Shown one piece after another: positions 49,368 through 59,260 of a stretch of 64,000 nucleotides of DNA (the first letter of the stretch is position 1; each line of letters starts with the position of its first letter). Both the position numbers and the translations under genes were made by a program. The stretch is from positions 576,001-640,000 of the forward strand of contig CBDCXL010000001.1 in the NCBI GenBank assembly GCA_965223795.1, in the 5' to 3' direction. The notes under the pieces are model-generated. The model saw only the letters and a list, made by a program, of their open reading frames with translations. It was not told the origin of the DNA and searched no databases. Source of the stretch: Nitrospinales bacterium (lineage in GTDB: Bacteria; Nitrospinota; Nitrospinia; Nitrospinales; VA-1).

Positions 49368-49609
49368 TGGCTCGAATCGTTGGCATGGATAAAAAGAATG
49401 AACCTGAATTTTACTGCACCCGCACCGGGACTTCAATCATATTGAAATCAAGGCAATATCGGAGGACCCCCCAGGGAAATCAATCCCCCGAAAGCATGGG
49501 TGATATCGAGGCGGCACAGAGGGGAACGCGCGGCCGGAATCGAGCCGGATTCAACGGACATCGCGTGGAAGTCAGGGCGGGCATCCGGTTTTTCAGCTAC
49601 ACTATCCGT

Positions 49610-49810
49610 ATGCAGCGCTTCATTCTGATATTCGGAATTCTACTGGTGGTGCTCGGACTGCTGTGGCCGTGGATCACGAAAATCGGCCTGGGACGGCTGC
49701 CGGGAGACCTCGTCGTCCGGCGGGAGAATTTCCAGTTTTACTTTCCCGTCACCACCTGCCTGCTGTTGAGCGGGCTGGCGAGTTTGCTGTTCTGGCTGTT
49801 CCGCAAATGA
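49610..49810 (+). CDS. DUF2905-family small membrane protein
   Basis: GLGRLPGD.......FYFP.TTC.L.S. Confidence 0.9.
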   Translation: MQRFILIFGILLVVLGLLWPWITKIGLGRLPGDLVVRRENFQFYFPVTTCLLLSGLASLLFWLFRK

Positions 49811-49921
49811 GGCCGACGGATTGTTGCCCATCGCGCACCCCGGGAACACGATGGTTCCCGGAGTGGCGCGCGTCTGTCTGTCGACGAATATCTAATCGTA
49901 CTGTCGTATAGATAATAACCA

Positions 49922-50137
49922 GACAGGATAACGGGATAAAAACGGAAACCGGTCTCGCGCAAAGACGCCAAGACGCAAAGCCCCCCTCACCCAAACTACT
50001 TTCAGAATGCAATAAGCAGGCGCCGAGCTATGCTCGCCCTCTCCCCGAGTGAAAGGGAATGGCAAATATCCGTTGTCATGCGGAACTCTCGTTCTCCGGC
50101 AAACTCAGGACAAGCCCTTCGCAAGCTCAAGACTGAC
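49922..50137. repeat. Intergenic mosaic of short REP-like elements
   Basis: ACAGGATAACGGGAT; CTCGCGCAAAGACGCCAAGACGCAAAG; CCCCTCACCC...CCCTCTCCCC; CCCTTCGCAAGCTCAAGACTGAC. Confidence 0.55.
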
Positions 50138-50182
50138 TCTGCGAAAAACCAGGATGCCTTATGAATAAATTCTGAATCTTCT

Positions 50183-50536
50183 TCAGCCGTTCGGGTTTTC
50201 GTAGAAGATGTAACTGGTGGAATAGTCGCTGAACTCGAAATAGACTTTCTTTTCTCCCTTGTCTTTTGCAAGGTTTTTATTTTCGTCCAGAATGCCGTAG
50301 CCGTAGCGGTACGGCCGGGAAGCGCTTCCTTTGGTGCTGGTCGCGGTGGAAATCTTGTCGATTTTGATGAAGCGCTTGACAAGCTCGCCTCCTGCGTAAA
50401 TATCCAGCACACCGTCGGTCCCGGTGTAGTTTTGCACGGCCCGGCCTATTTTATTCTGTGTTTCCTGGGTGCAGCCTGCAGCCAGGATTGAAAACGCGAT
50501 CGCCAAAATAGCAAAAACCCTTCGATTCATATTCAT
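50183..50536 (-). CDS. Hypothetical lipoprotein
   Basis: Lipobox LAAGC; RBS GGAGGG. Confidence 0.75.
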   Translation of the reverse strand: MNMNRRVFAILAIAFSILAAGCTQETQNKIGRAVQNYTGTDGVLDIYAGGELVKRFIKIDKISTATSTKGSASRPYRYGYGILDENKNLAKDKGEKKVYFEFSDYSTSYIFYENPNG

Positions 50537-50629
50537 CCCTCCTGATTCAAGGTTATGAATCCATCCTATCACAACGGCCCGGCGCGGCGTCCCGAATCGC
50601 TTCGGGTTCAAAAAGGCGTGCTTCACTGT

Positions 50630-50842
50630 CTAGGATTCCGGCTCCGGCAGATCCCAGCCCCGATCTTTCATGCACTTGATGTAATTGGGATGGGTGACGA
50701 CGGGAAACTCCGTGTAGGCTTCGCAGTAGCTTTTGTCTTTTTCGAATTGGACCTCGCCGGGGGACAGGTTTTCGTTCTGAACCGCCGCGGCGCATCCCGC
50801 GATCGTCCCTGCCAGCAGGCAAATCCATGCGTGTCGAATCAT
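50630..50842 (-). CDS. Small lipoprotein (CMKDRGW motif)
   Basis: Lipobox IAGC; RBS AGGAGG. Confidence 0.7.
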   Translation of the reverse strand: MIRHAWICLLAGTIAGCAAAVQNENLSPGEVQFEKDKSYCEAYTEFPVVTHPNYIKCMKDRGWDLPEPES

Positions 50843-51059
50843 GGTCCCTCCTTGCTGCGAGTGTGATGTCTATGAGAAATGTCTCAAATCGTATCGAACC
50901 GGAACCGGTTTTGAAAGGAAATCAGACCGCAAGTCCGGTGGCCGGCAGATTAAAAATATTTAATTCTTTTTGGCGCAACTTGCTGCTTCGATTGGATTAA
51001 AATGGAAGGCAACCAGCGCCGGTACACAGCCGAAAACCTGTTTTCCCATCACCGCTCGC

Positions 51060-52358
51060 ATGATCGATTTATTGGCCGCACGCTCTCAAATGGCCGTGTC
51101 ACTCGGCTTTCACATCGTGTTCGCCTGCATCGGCATCGCCATGCCGTTTTTCATGGCGGTCTCCCACTGGAAATGGCTGCGCACGGGCCAGCGCTTTTTT
51201 CTCGATCTCACCCAGGCCTGGCTGAAGGGCGTCGCCATCTTCTTCGCCATCGGCGCGGTCTCCGGAACCGTGCTTTCCTTCGAGCTGGGGCTGTTGTTTC
51301 CCAAATTCATGGAGGTCGCGGGGCCGATCATCGGCCTGCCATTTTCGCTGGAAGGCGCGGCGTTTTTCCTGGAAGCGATCGCTCTCAGCCTTTACCTGTA
51401 CGGCTGGAATAAAATCAACCGCTGGGTGCACTGGAGCATGGCGGTGGTGATGGGCATCGCGGGCGCCGCTTCGGGCATCATCGTCATCTGCGCCAACGGC
51501 TGGATGAACAGCCCGGCGGGGTTCGACTGGGTCGACGGCCAGGCGGTCAACATCGATCCCTACGCCGCCATGTTCAACGACGCCTCGCTGCACCAGGGGA
51601 TTCACATGACGATCGCCGCATTCGCCGCGACGGGGTTCGCGGTGGCGGGCATCCACGCAATCCTGCTGCTCAGGAAAAGAAGCACGGCGTTCCATCAGGC
51701 GGCGCTGAAAATCGCGCTGACGTTCGGTGCGGCGGCGTCTCTCATGCAGCCGGTCAGCGGCGATCTGATCTCCCGGCACCTGACGGAACACCAGCCGGAA
51801 AAAGCCGCCGCCATGCACGCGCAGTTCAAAACGCAGAAAGGCGCGCCGCTGCTGATCGGCGGCATTCCCATCGAGGAGGAAAAAACGGTCAAATTCGGGA
51901 TCTACATCCCGAAGATGCTGAGCTTCCTCGCGCACCACGATTTCAACGCGGAAGTCACGGGACTCGACGCCTTTCCGGAAGAGAACCACCCGCCGGTGGC
52001 GGTGGTGCATTTCGCGTTTCAGATCATGGTCGGCATCGGAACGCTGCTTGCGGGTCTATCCGCATTGTATTTTCTGTTCCTGTGGCGCAAACCGCAGTGG
52101 GTGTTTCACCCGGCGTTTCTCAAGTGCCTGGCGTTCGCCATCCCGCTGGGTTTCATCGCCATTCAGGCGGGCTGGGTGGTGACGGAGGTGGGACGCCAGC
52201 CGTGGATCATTTACAAGGTGATGAAAGTGTCGGAAGCGGTGACGCCGATGCCGGGATTGATCATCCCGTTTTTTCTGTTCACCGGAATTTATATCTTTTT
52301 GTCGTTCGTCGCGTTCTGGCTGTTGACCCGCCAGATCCGTGCGGTGAAAAACCAGTGA
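51060..52358 (+). CDS. cydA: Cytochrome bd oxidase subunit I (short Q-loop)
   Basis: SLGFHI, FAIGAVSGT.LSFE, ANGWMN.P.G, GIHM, FQIMVG, GWVVTEVGRQPW. Confidence 0.96.
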   Translation: MIDLLAARSQMAVSLGFHIVFACIGIAMPFFMAVSHWKWLRTGQRFFLDLTQAWLKGVAIFFAIGAVSGTVLSFELGLLFPKFMEVAGPIIGLPFSLEGAAFFLEAIALSLYLYGWNKINRWVHWSMAVVMGIAGAASGIIVICANGWMNSPAGFDWVDGQAVNIDPYAAMFNDASLHQGIHMTIAAFAATGFAVAGIHAILLLRKRSTAFHQAALKIALTFGAAASLMQPVSGDLISRHLTEHQPEKAAAMHAQFKTQKGAPLLIGGIPIEEEKTVKFGIYIPKMLSFLAHHDFNAEVTGLDAFPEENHPPVAVVHFAFQIMVGIGTLLAGLSALYFLFLWRKPQWVFHPAFLKCLAFAIPLGFIAIQAGWVVTEVGRQPWIIYKVMKVSEAVTPMPGLIIPFFLFTGIYIFLSFVAFWLLTRQIRAVKNQ

Positions 52359-52376
52359 TTGGAGAGGTCCGGATTC

Positions 52377-53393
52377 ATGGTTGAGGCGGTCGCGATTTTC
52401 CTGGCAGGCGCTCTGATGCTGTATGTGCTGCTGGGAGGCGCGGACTTCGGTGCGGGCATTCTGGAAATGTTCGTCAACCGCAGGACCCGCGGCCAGCAGA
52501 AAAAAATCATCAACAAGGCGATGGGGCCGGTCTGGGAAGTGAACCACATCTGGCTGATCATCGCGGTCGTGATTTTGTTCAACGCGTTCCCGAAAGCCTT
52601 CAGCCAGATTTCGGTCACCTTTCACATCCCGCTGACGCTGATGCTGATCGGCATCATCATCCGCGGCTGCGCGTTCGCGTTCCGCGTTTACGACGCCTAC
52701 CAGGACCAGTCGCAGAAATACTATTCCCTGGCGTTCGAAGCCTCCAGCGTGCTGACGCCGTTCAGCCTGGGGCTCATTCTCGGCGGCATCCTGATCGGCA
52801 GGATCAACCCCGGCGCCGAGACGTTCTACGCCGCGTTCGTCGATCCCTGGCTCAACGTGTTTTCCTTCGTGCTGGGCGTGTTCACCTGCTGCCTGGTCAC
52901 CTACATCGCGTCGGTGTACATCATCGGCGAAACGCGCAAGGACATTCTGCGCCGGCAATTCGTGTTCCGCGCCAAGGCGGCGGGAATCGTGACGTTCATC
53001 ATGGGGGCGTTCGTCGTCGAATCGGCGCTGCTGTATGAATCCGAACTGTTCGCCAAGTTTTATTCGGACCGGTTCAGCCTGTCCTGCATCCTGCTTGCGG
53101 CAGCCCTGTTCGCTCCGCTGTGGAAACTGCTGAACCACAGCAGGGCGATCTTCGCCCGGCTTCTGGTGGTTTTACAAGTCACTCTGATCTTTGTCGCCTG
53201 GTTCGAGATGCAGTACCCCTTCATCATCGCGCCGTCGGAGCTGTTTGCATTCGAAGGACTCAACCTTTACGAAATCGCCGCTCCGGAAAGCACGCTGCGA
53301 TACCTGCTCATCGCGCTCGTGCTCGGCTCGGTGTTCATCTTTCCCGCCTGGCTGTATCTGCTCCGGGTGTTCAAGTTCAGCCCGAAATCCTGA
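52377..53393 (+). CDS. cydB: Cytochrome bd oxidase subunit II
   Basis: YVLLGGADFGAG, PVWEVNHIWLI, FP, IRG.AF.FR. Confidence 0.95.
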   Translation: MVEAVAIFLAGALMLYVLLGGADFGAGILEMFVNRRTRGQQKKIINKAMGPVWEVNHIWLIIAVVILFNAFPKAFSQISVTFHIPLTLMLIGIIIRGCAFAFRVYDAYQDQSQKYYSLAFEASSVLTPFSLGLILGGILIGRINPGAETFYAAFVDPWLNVFSFVLGVFTCCLVTYIASVYIIGETRKDILRRQFVFRAKAAGIVTFIMGAFVVESALLYESELFAKFYSDRFSLSCILLAAALFAPLWKLLNHSRAIFARLLVVLQVTLIFVAWFEMQYPFIIAPSELFAFEGLNLYEIAAPESTLRYLLIALVLGSVFIFPAWLYLLRVFKFSPKS

Positions 53394-53520
53394 AAACCAC
53401 CCACTGAATGCAAGCCGGAGTTTCGCCGTATAACAGGCTTGCAGCCTGTCACGGCCGCGTGCTACAACCGCCCCCCGGAAGCGGAACATTGCCTGAAACT
53501 GTCGATCAAGAGGTGCCATC

Positions 53521-54033
53521 ATGCCGTCATTCCATGAATTGGGGCCGGGACAGAAATTTTTTTTCGCGCGGATCTTTCTCTGGTTCATCGTGCTTTTGGG
53601 AGTCGGGTCCATGTACCTGGGGCTCAACACCATGAACCTGGCGCGGCAGAGCACCGGTTGGCCGTCCGTGCAGGGAACGGTGACCGAGTCGCGCATTCAT
53701 TCGGAATCCCATCCCGGAGCGGGGAAAAAGCCAACCTACCATGCGAACGTGGAGTACGCGTATACGGTGGATGGAGAGGAACACACGGGGGACCGCGTGA
53801 GCTTCGGTGAATACGGCACCAACGATCCGTCCCACGCGCAAGCCATCATCGGGCGCTACCCGAAAGGGAACACGGTCGCCGTCTATCACGATCCCGACCG
53901 GCCCGGCGAATCCGTGCTGGAGCCCGGCTCGCACGGCATCCCCTGGTTCTATCTGATTCTGGGCATGCCGTTTCTGATCTTCGGCCTGGGCCTGGCGAAC
54001 TACCTGCCGAAAATGGCGGAAAAGGGCAACTGA
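53521..54033 (+). CDS. DUF3592-family membrane protein
   Basis: S..WPSV.GTVTES, VEY.Y.VDG, YP.G..V.VYHDP..P..SVL. Confidence 0.88.
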   Translation: MPSFHELGPGQKFFFARIFLWFIVLLGVGSMYLGLNTMNLARQSTGWPSVQGTVTESRIHSESHPGAGKKPTYHANVEYAYTVDGEEHTGDRVSFGEYGTNDPSHAQAIIGRYPKGNTVAVYHDPDRPGESVLEPGSHGIPWFYLILGMPFLIFGLGLANYLPKMAEKGN

Positions 54034-54231
54034 ACCGGTCTGGTTCAGTCATACGCCATAAACGATGGTGTTCTAAAACGGAGCCTTTCGGCTCCGGTTT
54101 AACAAGGCGGTCCGCCATATTGGGAGCTTTCGGCGATCCCGTTTCAAGAACCTGGCCCATGTATTGACAAAAAGGGAATTCGGGCACAGATTTATTTTTT
54201 AGCCCTCAATTGCGAAACATGGGAGGATGCC

Positions 54232-54930
54232 ATGACCACCGCCCTTCCGGAAACACTTGCCGACAAATTGATCTCTGAAAAGATAGAGGAGTGGAGAGCC
54301 AAAAAGCACCCGCAGCACCCCGGTGAAGAGGCCCGCAAACTCCGGATTTATCCATTTCTCACTGTCGCCAGGGACATCGGCTGCGGTGAAGAAATCATCC
54401 TTCCGCAACTTGAAAAAACACTGGGGTGGAAGATTTACGGCAAAAACCTTCTCGATTATCTTGCCGGACACCATTTTCTGAGCCGCAGCTTCATCGAAAC
54501 CCTGGATGAAAACAGGCAAAACCTGCTGGACAACTGGGTCAACTTTCTGATTCACTCAGGCGCGATTTTACAGAAGAATTATGTCCTCAAGATTTCCCGC
54601 TTGATCAAGGTGATCGCCGCCCACGAAAGCGCCATCTTTTTAGGCCGAGGCGCGAACTTCATCCTCAAGAACAGAAAGGAAGGAGTCCGGATCAAGCTGA
54701 CCGCCCCGTTCAGTCACCGGGTGGAACACATCCGCAAATTGAAAGATATCGATCCTAAAGAAGCCGAGAGGATGGTCCGGGAGATAGACAGGGAAAGAGA
54801 GGCGTTCATCCGCTACTATTTCGACAAACAATTGGAGGAAGACTTCGAGTTCGACATTGTGTTCAACACGATGACGATCGATACCAACACCCTCTGCAAC
54901 ATCGTCCGGGATTTACTTTTAGAGAAATAA
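54232..54930 (+). CDS. Cytidylate kinase-like family protein
   Basis: TVARDIGCG, LGW.IY, IFLGRGANFIL, A....RV, D..R..FIRYYF, FDIVFNT. Confidence 0.85.
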   Translation: MTTALPETLADKLISEKIEEWRAKKHPQHPGEEARKLRIYPFLTVARDIGCGEEIILPQLEKTLGWKIYGKNLLDYLAGHHFLSRSFIETLDENRQNLLDNWVNFLIHSGAILQKNYVLKISRLIKVIAAHESAIFLGRGANFILKNRKEGVRIKLTAPFSHRVEHIRKLKDIDPKEAERMVREIDREREAFIRYYFDKQLEEDFEFDIVFNTMTIDTNTLCNIVRDLLLEK

Positions 54931-55043
54931 CAGGCAACCTGCCTTTAAGCAAAACGGGCCGTGCGTTGGGGAAGATTCTTCAGAGGCAGACCGGACCTTT
55001 ACCGATCCGGGGAGAGGTGCATTTTATAGTTGTACCGTGAAGT

Positions 55044-55442
55044 TCAATTGCGGGATTTTCCCAAAAAATCATCCCATTCCCTCACAACCGCTATCAGCTC
55101 TTTTTTCTCCAGCGGTTTCACCAGGTACATTTTAACCCCGAGATCCTCCAAAAAATGAGCCGCCATCTCCGGGTTGGGATAGCCGGTGATCGCAATGATT
55201 GGAATTTTTGCGGACTGGTGGTTCATGATATTGATCAATTCCTCACCATTGATGTCCGGCATGCGTATATCACACAAAATCAAATGAACGTCAAAAAGCA
55301 AGTCTTCCTGATGCAGCATTCGCAACGCTTCTCTGCCGTTCCTCGCTTCCAGAATGGGATATCCCTCTTGCTCGAGCTGCAGTTTCATCACCTCACGGAC
55401 CGCATCGTCGTCCTCCACGATCAGGATCGTTCCCTTAGCCAT
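55044..55442 (-). CDS. Single-domain response regulator receiver
   Basis: ILIVEDD, CDIRMPDING, AITGY, YLVKP. Confidence 0.9.
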   Translation of the reverse strand: MAKGTILIVEDDDAVREVMKLQLEQEGYPILEARNGREALRMLHQEDLLFDVHLILCDIRMPDINGEELINIMNHQSAKIPIIAITGYPNPEMAAHFLEDLGVKMYLVKPLEKKELIAVVREWDDFLGKSRN

Positions 55443-55641
55443 GACTGACTCCGAAATGGTTGAACCCATAGACAATTTAGGTCCTGAAACCAGCCGGGGC
55501 AACCCCTTGCCGAAAGATTCCAGCACGCTGCGACAACGGCTTATGCGTGGATGGCGCGGAGGAAGCGATTTGGATGCAAGCCTCTTCCGTGAATAGAAAA
55601 TGCCTCCGGCGGAAACTGCACGGAATAAAAGCAAAGATCGG

Positions 55642-55905
55642 TCAGTGCGATTCCCGCCAGGCGTCGTGAATTTCGATGGAATCCGGGATCTGCGGGAAGG
55701 AAGGATCCTGATCGAGGATCAATTCGCCGTATTTGTCCCGGAAGGTGATCAGCTCGTCCAGCAGGTTCATGGTGACGACCCACACAGAAACGGTCTGGGC
55801 GATCCCCGCTTCCGTCACCTCCTGCGTTTCCCGCAGCACCGCTTCGTCGCAGGGCCGCTCCCCGGTGCCGATGAGGCTGGTGCGTTCGACTCGAAATTCC
55901 GGCAT
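55642..55905 (-). CDS. Small hypothetical protein
   Basis: RBS GAGGA; C-terminal IEIHDAWRE. Confidence 0.6.
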   Translation of the reverse strand: MPEFRVERTSLIGTGERPCDEAVLRETQEVTEAGIAQTVSVWVVTMNLLDELITFRDKYGELILDQDPSFPQIPDSIEIHDAWRESH

Positions 55906-55984
55906 CGTGTTCCTCTTAGTTGATTTCTGTCCAATCCGTTTATCAGCATTTCTCCCGAATGATTTCCTTTTCCGCTCACCCAAG

Positions 55985-56021
55985 AAAAAAAGGGCTCACG
56001 GAGTGTGCCGCAAGCCCTTTC
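55985..56021 (-). terminator. Terminator downstream of tRNA-Arg
   Basis: Minus strand AAAGGGCT...AGCCCTTTTTTT. Confidence 0.65.
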
Positions 56022-56027
56022 TGTATC

Positions 56028-56104
<77 letters not shown>

Positions 56105-56597
56105 ATATCTCTTTAAACAACATTTACATGATTTTAGAGGGGCAGAAAGACTCCAAATGCGATTGCCCTCGCCCCAAAGTAATACTTTGCAGGCTGTTTT
56201 GAGCATTTTGGGAGTCACGCGTCACACCTCATGGAAGCAAATTGTAATCGTTTCCACCAGGGGATTCAATCCCCCGCCTCCCCCCGTCCTGTCTCCGGTC
56301 GTTCCCCCTTCTGAGTTGGAATTTCGCCATTCCGGGATCGAACGGCGACTCCGGCTTGCAGCCGATTCTGTAGTAAATCCACCACAATTCTAAGTAATCA
56401 TTATTCATAGCAATATGGCAATTCGAGCGATTACGACACAGCCTCTCAATCCTTATACTTTCTTCAGGTGAAAGCGGATTGAAAAACGGGAATTTTTGCC
56501 TTGTTGATTTCTCCTGTTTTGAGGAAACAAATCTGAAACGAACCCGTTTTCACACACAGGAATAAATCTTCAACCATTTCCAAGGGAGGGTCTGGAC

Positions 56598-57151
56598 ATG
56601 CTACCCAAATTGAGTCAGTCCCGCTGGTCCCCCTACTGGGTCGGGATCGCCATCGGGGTTCTTTCATGGATCACCTTCGCTTTTATGGGGAAAGCGCTGG
56701 GTGTTTCCACCACGTTTGTCCGCGCTGCGGGATCGGTGGAAAAAATCGTCGCCCCGGCCACGTCCACTCGAATCCTTATTTCGTCAAATACCTGGGAACC
56801 CCGGAGAAACCCAAACCCGCCATTGAATGGCAGTTCGCTCTGGTGCTGATGCTCCCGGCCGGGGCCTACGCCGCGAAACGATTTTCGAACACCCGGTTCC
56901 ACGAAACCGTCCCGGAACTGTGGAAATGGCGGTTCGGCCCTTCCCAGCCACTTCGCTACGGGATGGCGTTTCTGGGAGGCGCGGTCACCCTGTTCGGCGC
57001 CCGGCTGGCGGGAGGCTGCACTTCCGGGCATGGCATCTCGGGTGGTTTGCAGCTCGCTTTGTCTTCCTGGATCTTTTTTCTGGCCTTGTTCGCCGGGGGT
57101 GTTGTGACCGCTTATTCACTCTATGGGAAAGATGGAGGCGATCATGTTTGA
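56598..57151 (+). pseudogene. YeeE/YedE sulfur-transport family gene, frameshifted
   Basis: Frame 1 WSPYWVG...LGVSTTF...IVAP; frame 2 GHVHSNPYF...FGARLAGGCTSGHGISG; one base missing in GCCCCGG at about 56751-56757. Confidence 0.8.
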
Positions 57152-57707
57152 ACATTTTTTTGCGGATCCAAAAACTCTGCTCCTTGGAGCGCTCACCGGT
57201 TTCATTTTCGGTTTTCTATTGCAGAAAGGCGGCGTCACCCGATTCAACGTCATCGTCGGGCAATTTCTGTTAAAGGATTTCACGGTTCTGAAAATCATGC
57301 TCACCGCCATTCTCGTCGGTGGAATCGGAATCTACGGAATGAGAACCCTGGGCTGGGACATTGCGCTGCATATCAAAAACGCAGCCCTCCTGGGCAACGC
57401 TCTGGGCGGTTTGATCTTCGGCGCCGGCATGGCGCTGCTGGGCTACTGCCCCGGCACGGGTGTGGCGGCTCTTGGCGATGGTTCCCGCCACGCCCTGTTT
57501 GGCGTGCTGGGCATGCTGGCGGGAGCAGCCCTGTTTGCGGAAGCGTATCCCTGGATGCAATCCGGGGTGCTGGGCGTCGGAGATTTGGGGAAGGCGACGC
57601 TGCCGACGATGACGGATCTGTCACCCTGGTGGTTTCTGGCGTTGCTGACGCTGGCGGCGGCCGCGGTGTTTGCGCTGCTGGAAAGCCGGGAACGGAAGCA
57701 ACGCTGA
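57144..57707 (+). CDS. YeeE/YedE family membrane protein (second half of the pair)
   Basis: G.IFGFLLQK, D.TVLK.ML.AI, GGLIFG.GMALLGYCPGT. Confidence 0.9.
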   Translation: MFEHFFADPKTLLLGALTGFIFGFLLQKGGVTRFNVIVGQFLLKDFTVLKIMLTAILVGGIGIYGMRTLGWDIALHIKNAALLGNALGGLIFGAGMALLGYCPGTGVAALGDGSRHALFGVLGMLAGAALFAEAYPWMQSGVLGVGDLGKATLPTMTDLSPWWFLALLTLAAAAVFALLESRERKQR

Positions 57708-57714
57708 ATGATTT

Positions 57715-58008
57715 TTACTTCTTCTTCGGCACCCAGCCCCTCTCCTTCATGCAGGAAATAAACTTGGATGAGTAGGGCGGGATGTGATCGTCTTCGGGAA
57801 ACGTGATCGCCGCGCATTCCCGTTTATCTTTTGCCATCGGGGTCTCATTTCTGAAACGCGTTTCCAAGGACTGGGGTTCTTTCTTGGAGGGATTTTTGGG
57901 GTGGATCACGGCGCCGCGCACTTGCGGTTCTACCTGCTTCGGCGACGCGCAGGAAGCCATGAATGAGACTGTCAGCAAGAGAAGGATGTATTGCATAAAA
58001 ACCCGCAT
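57715..58008 (-). CDS. Small lipoprotein (CMKERGW motif)
   Basis: Lipobox-like MASC; shares C-terminal motif with 50630-50842; start uncertain. Confidence 0.65.
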   Translation of the reverse strand: MRVFMQYILLLLTVSFMASCASPKQVEPQVRGAVIHPKNPSKKEPQSLETRFRNETPMAKDKRECAAITFPEDDHIPPYSSKFISCMKERGWVPKKK

Positions 58009-58294
58009 GGGTACGGAAAATGAGTTTCTATCCATTTTCATCGGTTTTTCCCGTCAAATCCATTACCCTCCCGCCTCTTCCGGCGTGTTCGCTGTGAGGA
58101 ATAAATTCTCAAAAAATCGCCCGAACCCGCCAAACAGCACGCGCTGACAGGGGTTTGCGGCCGCGTTTGGCGGACGGAAGTCCGCGTCCGCCGCCGTTCC
58201 GGCATTTTTTTCCGCTCCGCTTTGACTTGCCGGGACCGGGATATTATTATAATTCATCGCTTTTGTTCCTTTCCCAGGGAGGTATCATTTTTTT

Positions 58295-59173
58295 ATGCTC
58301 AAGGTCCGCGCCAGTCAGATTTTTTCTCACTCGATGGAAGATGTGGTCGCCGCGAAAAAGGCGCTGGACGCCGGGGACGCGTTCGAGAAGGTGGTGGAGC
58401 GGTACAGCACCTGCCCGTCGAAGAAAAACGCCGGCGACCTGGGCTGGATGCCGGAAGGCACGGTGAACTCGCTGATGGGCCAGACGATCGGCGAGAACGA
58501 CAAGGGCAGGATCGTCGGCCCGCTGCACACCCAGTACGGCTACCACATTCTCATGATCTCGGACATCGAGATGGAAAAGATTCCGGGACCGTTCACGCCC
58601 GCCACGCCGATGAAGGAATTGAACCAGAAGTTCCCGGAGGCCCATTCGCTGCTGTTTCAGAAATTCCACATGGGCATGCCGGTTTCGGGCTACAAGGACG
58701 GGGAAACCCTGGGCTCGGTGTGCCAGGCGCAGAACAAGCCGGAGATGGAAGTGCTGAACTACCTGCATGAGGAATACGCCAACCGGCACGTGGACACGAT
58801 CACGCCCGAAGAGCTGAAGGAAAAGATGAAATCGGGCGACCCCAATCTGACGCTGCTGGACATCCGCGAAAGCTGGGAGCGGGACATCGCGATGATCGAC
58901 GGCTCGCAGCTCATCACGCAGGAGAACAGCGAATCCGTCCTCAATTCCCTGACGCCGGATCAGGAGATCGTGCTCATCGACTGGAAGCAGGACCGCAGTC
59001 CGAGCTTCCGCAGGTGGCTTTCGCAGCGCGGGCTGCCCAACATCCGCTGCCTGGAAGGCGGCATCGACGCCTGGGCGGAAAAGGTGGAAACCCGGCTCAA
59101 CCGGTATGACATCGATGAGGACGACGGCTACCGCTACGAGGACATCATCGAGGAGCAGAACGGTCCGCAATGA
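58295..59173 (+). CDS. Parvulin PPIase - rhodanese-like fusion protein
   Basis: VRASQI, F.....YSTCPS...AGDLGW, GP.HTQYGYHI; then LLDIRE.WE, L.GGIDAW. Confidence 0.88.
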   Translation: MLKVRASQIFSHSMEDVVAAKKALDAGDAFEKVVERYSTCPSKKNAGDLGWMPEGTVNSLMGQTIGENDKGRIVGPLHTQYGYHILMISDIEMEKIPGPFTPATPMKELNQKFPEAHSLLFQKFHMGMPVSGYKDGETLGSVCQAQNKPEMEVLNYLHEEYANRHVDTITPEELKEKMKSGDPNLTLLDIRESWERDIAMIDGSQLITQENSESVLNSLTPDQEIVLIDWKQDRSPSFRRWLSQRGLPNIRCLEGGIDAWAEKVETRLNRYDIDEDDGYRYEDIIEEQNGPQ

Positions 59174-59260
59174 ACAGGGTCCGCGCTCCCGTCCACAGCC
59201 TTGCTGTGATCTTTCCGCTCCACTCTCCGTAAAACGCTCACTGCCACCGGGGGATTCCAC

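Noticed and set aside
50968..50990. TGGCGCAACTTGCTGC as a sigma54 promoter for cydA
   Set aside because: GG-to-GC spacing is 8 or 11 nt, not the required 10
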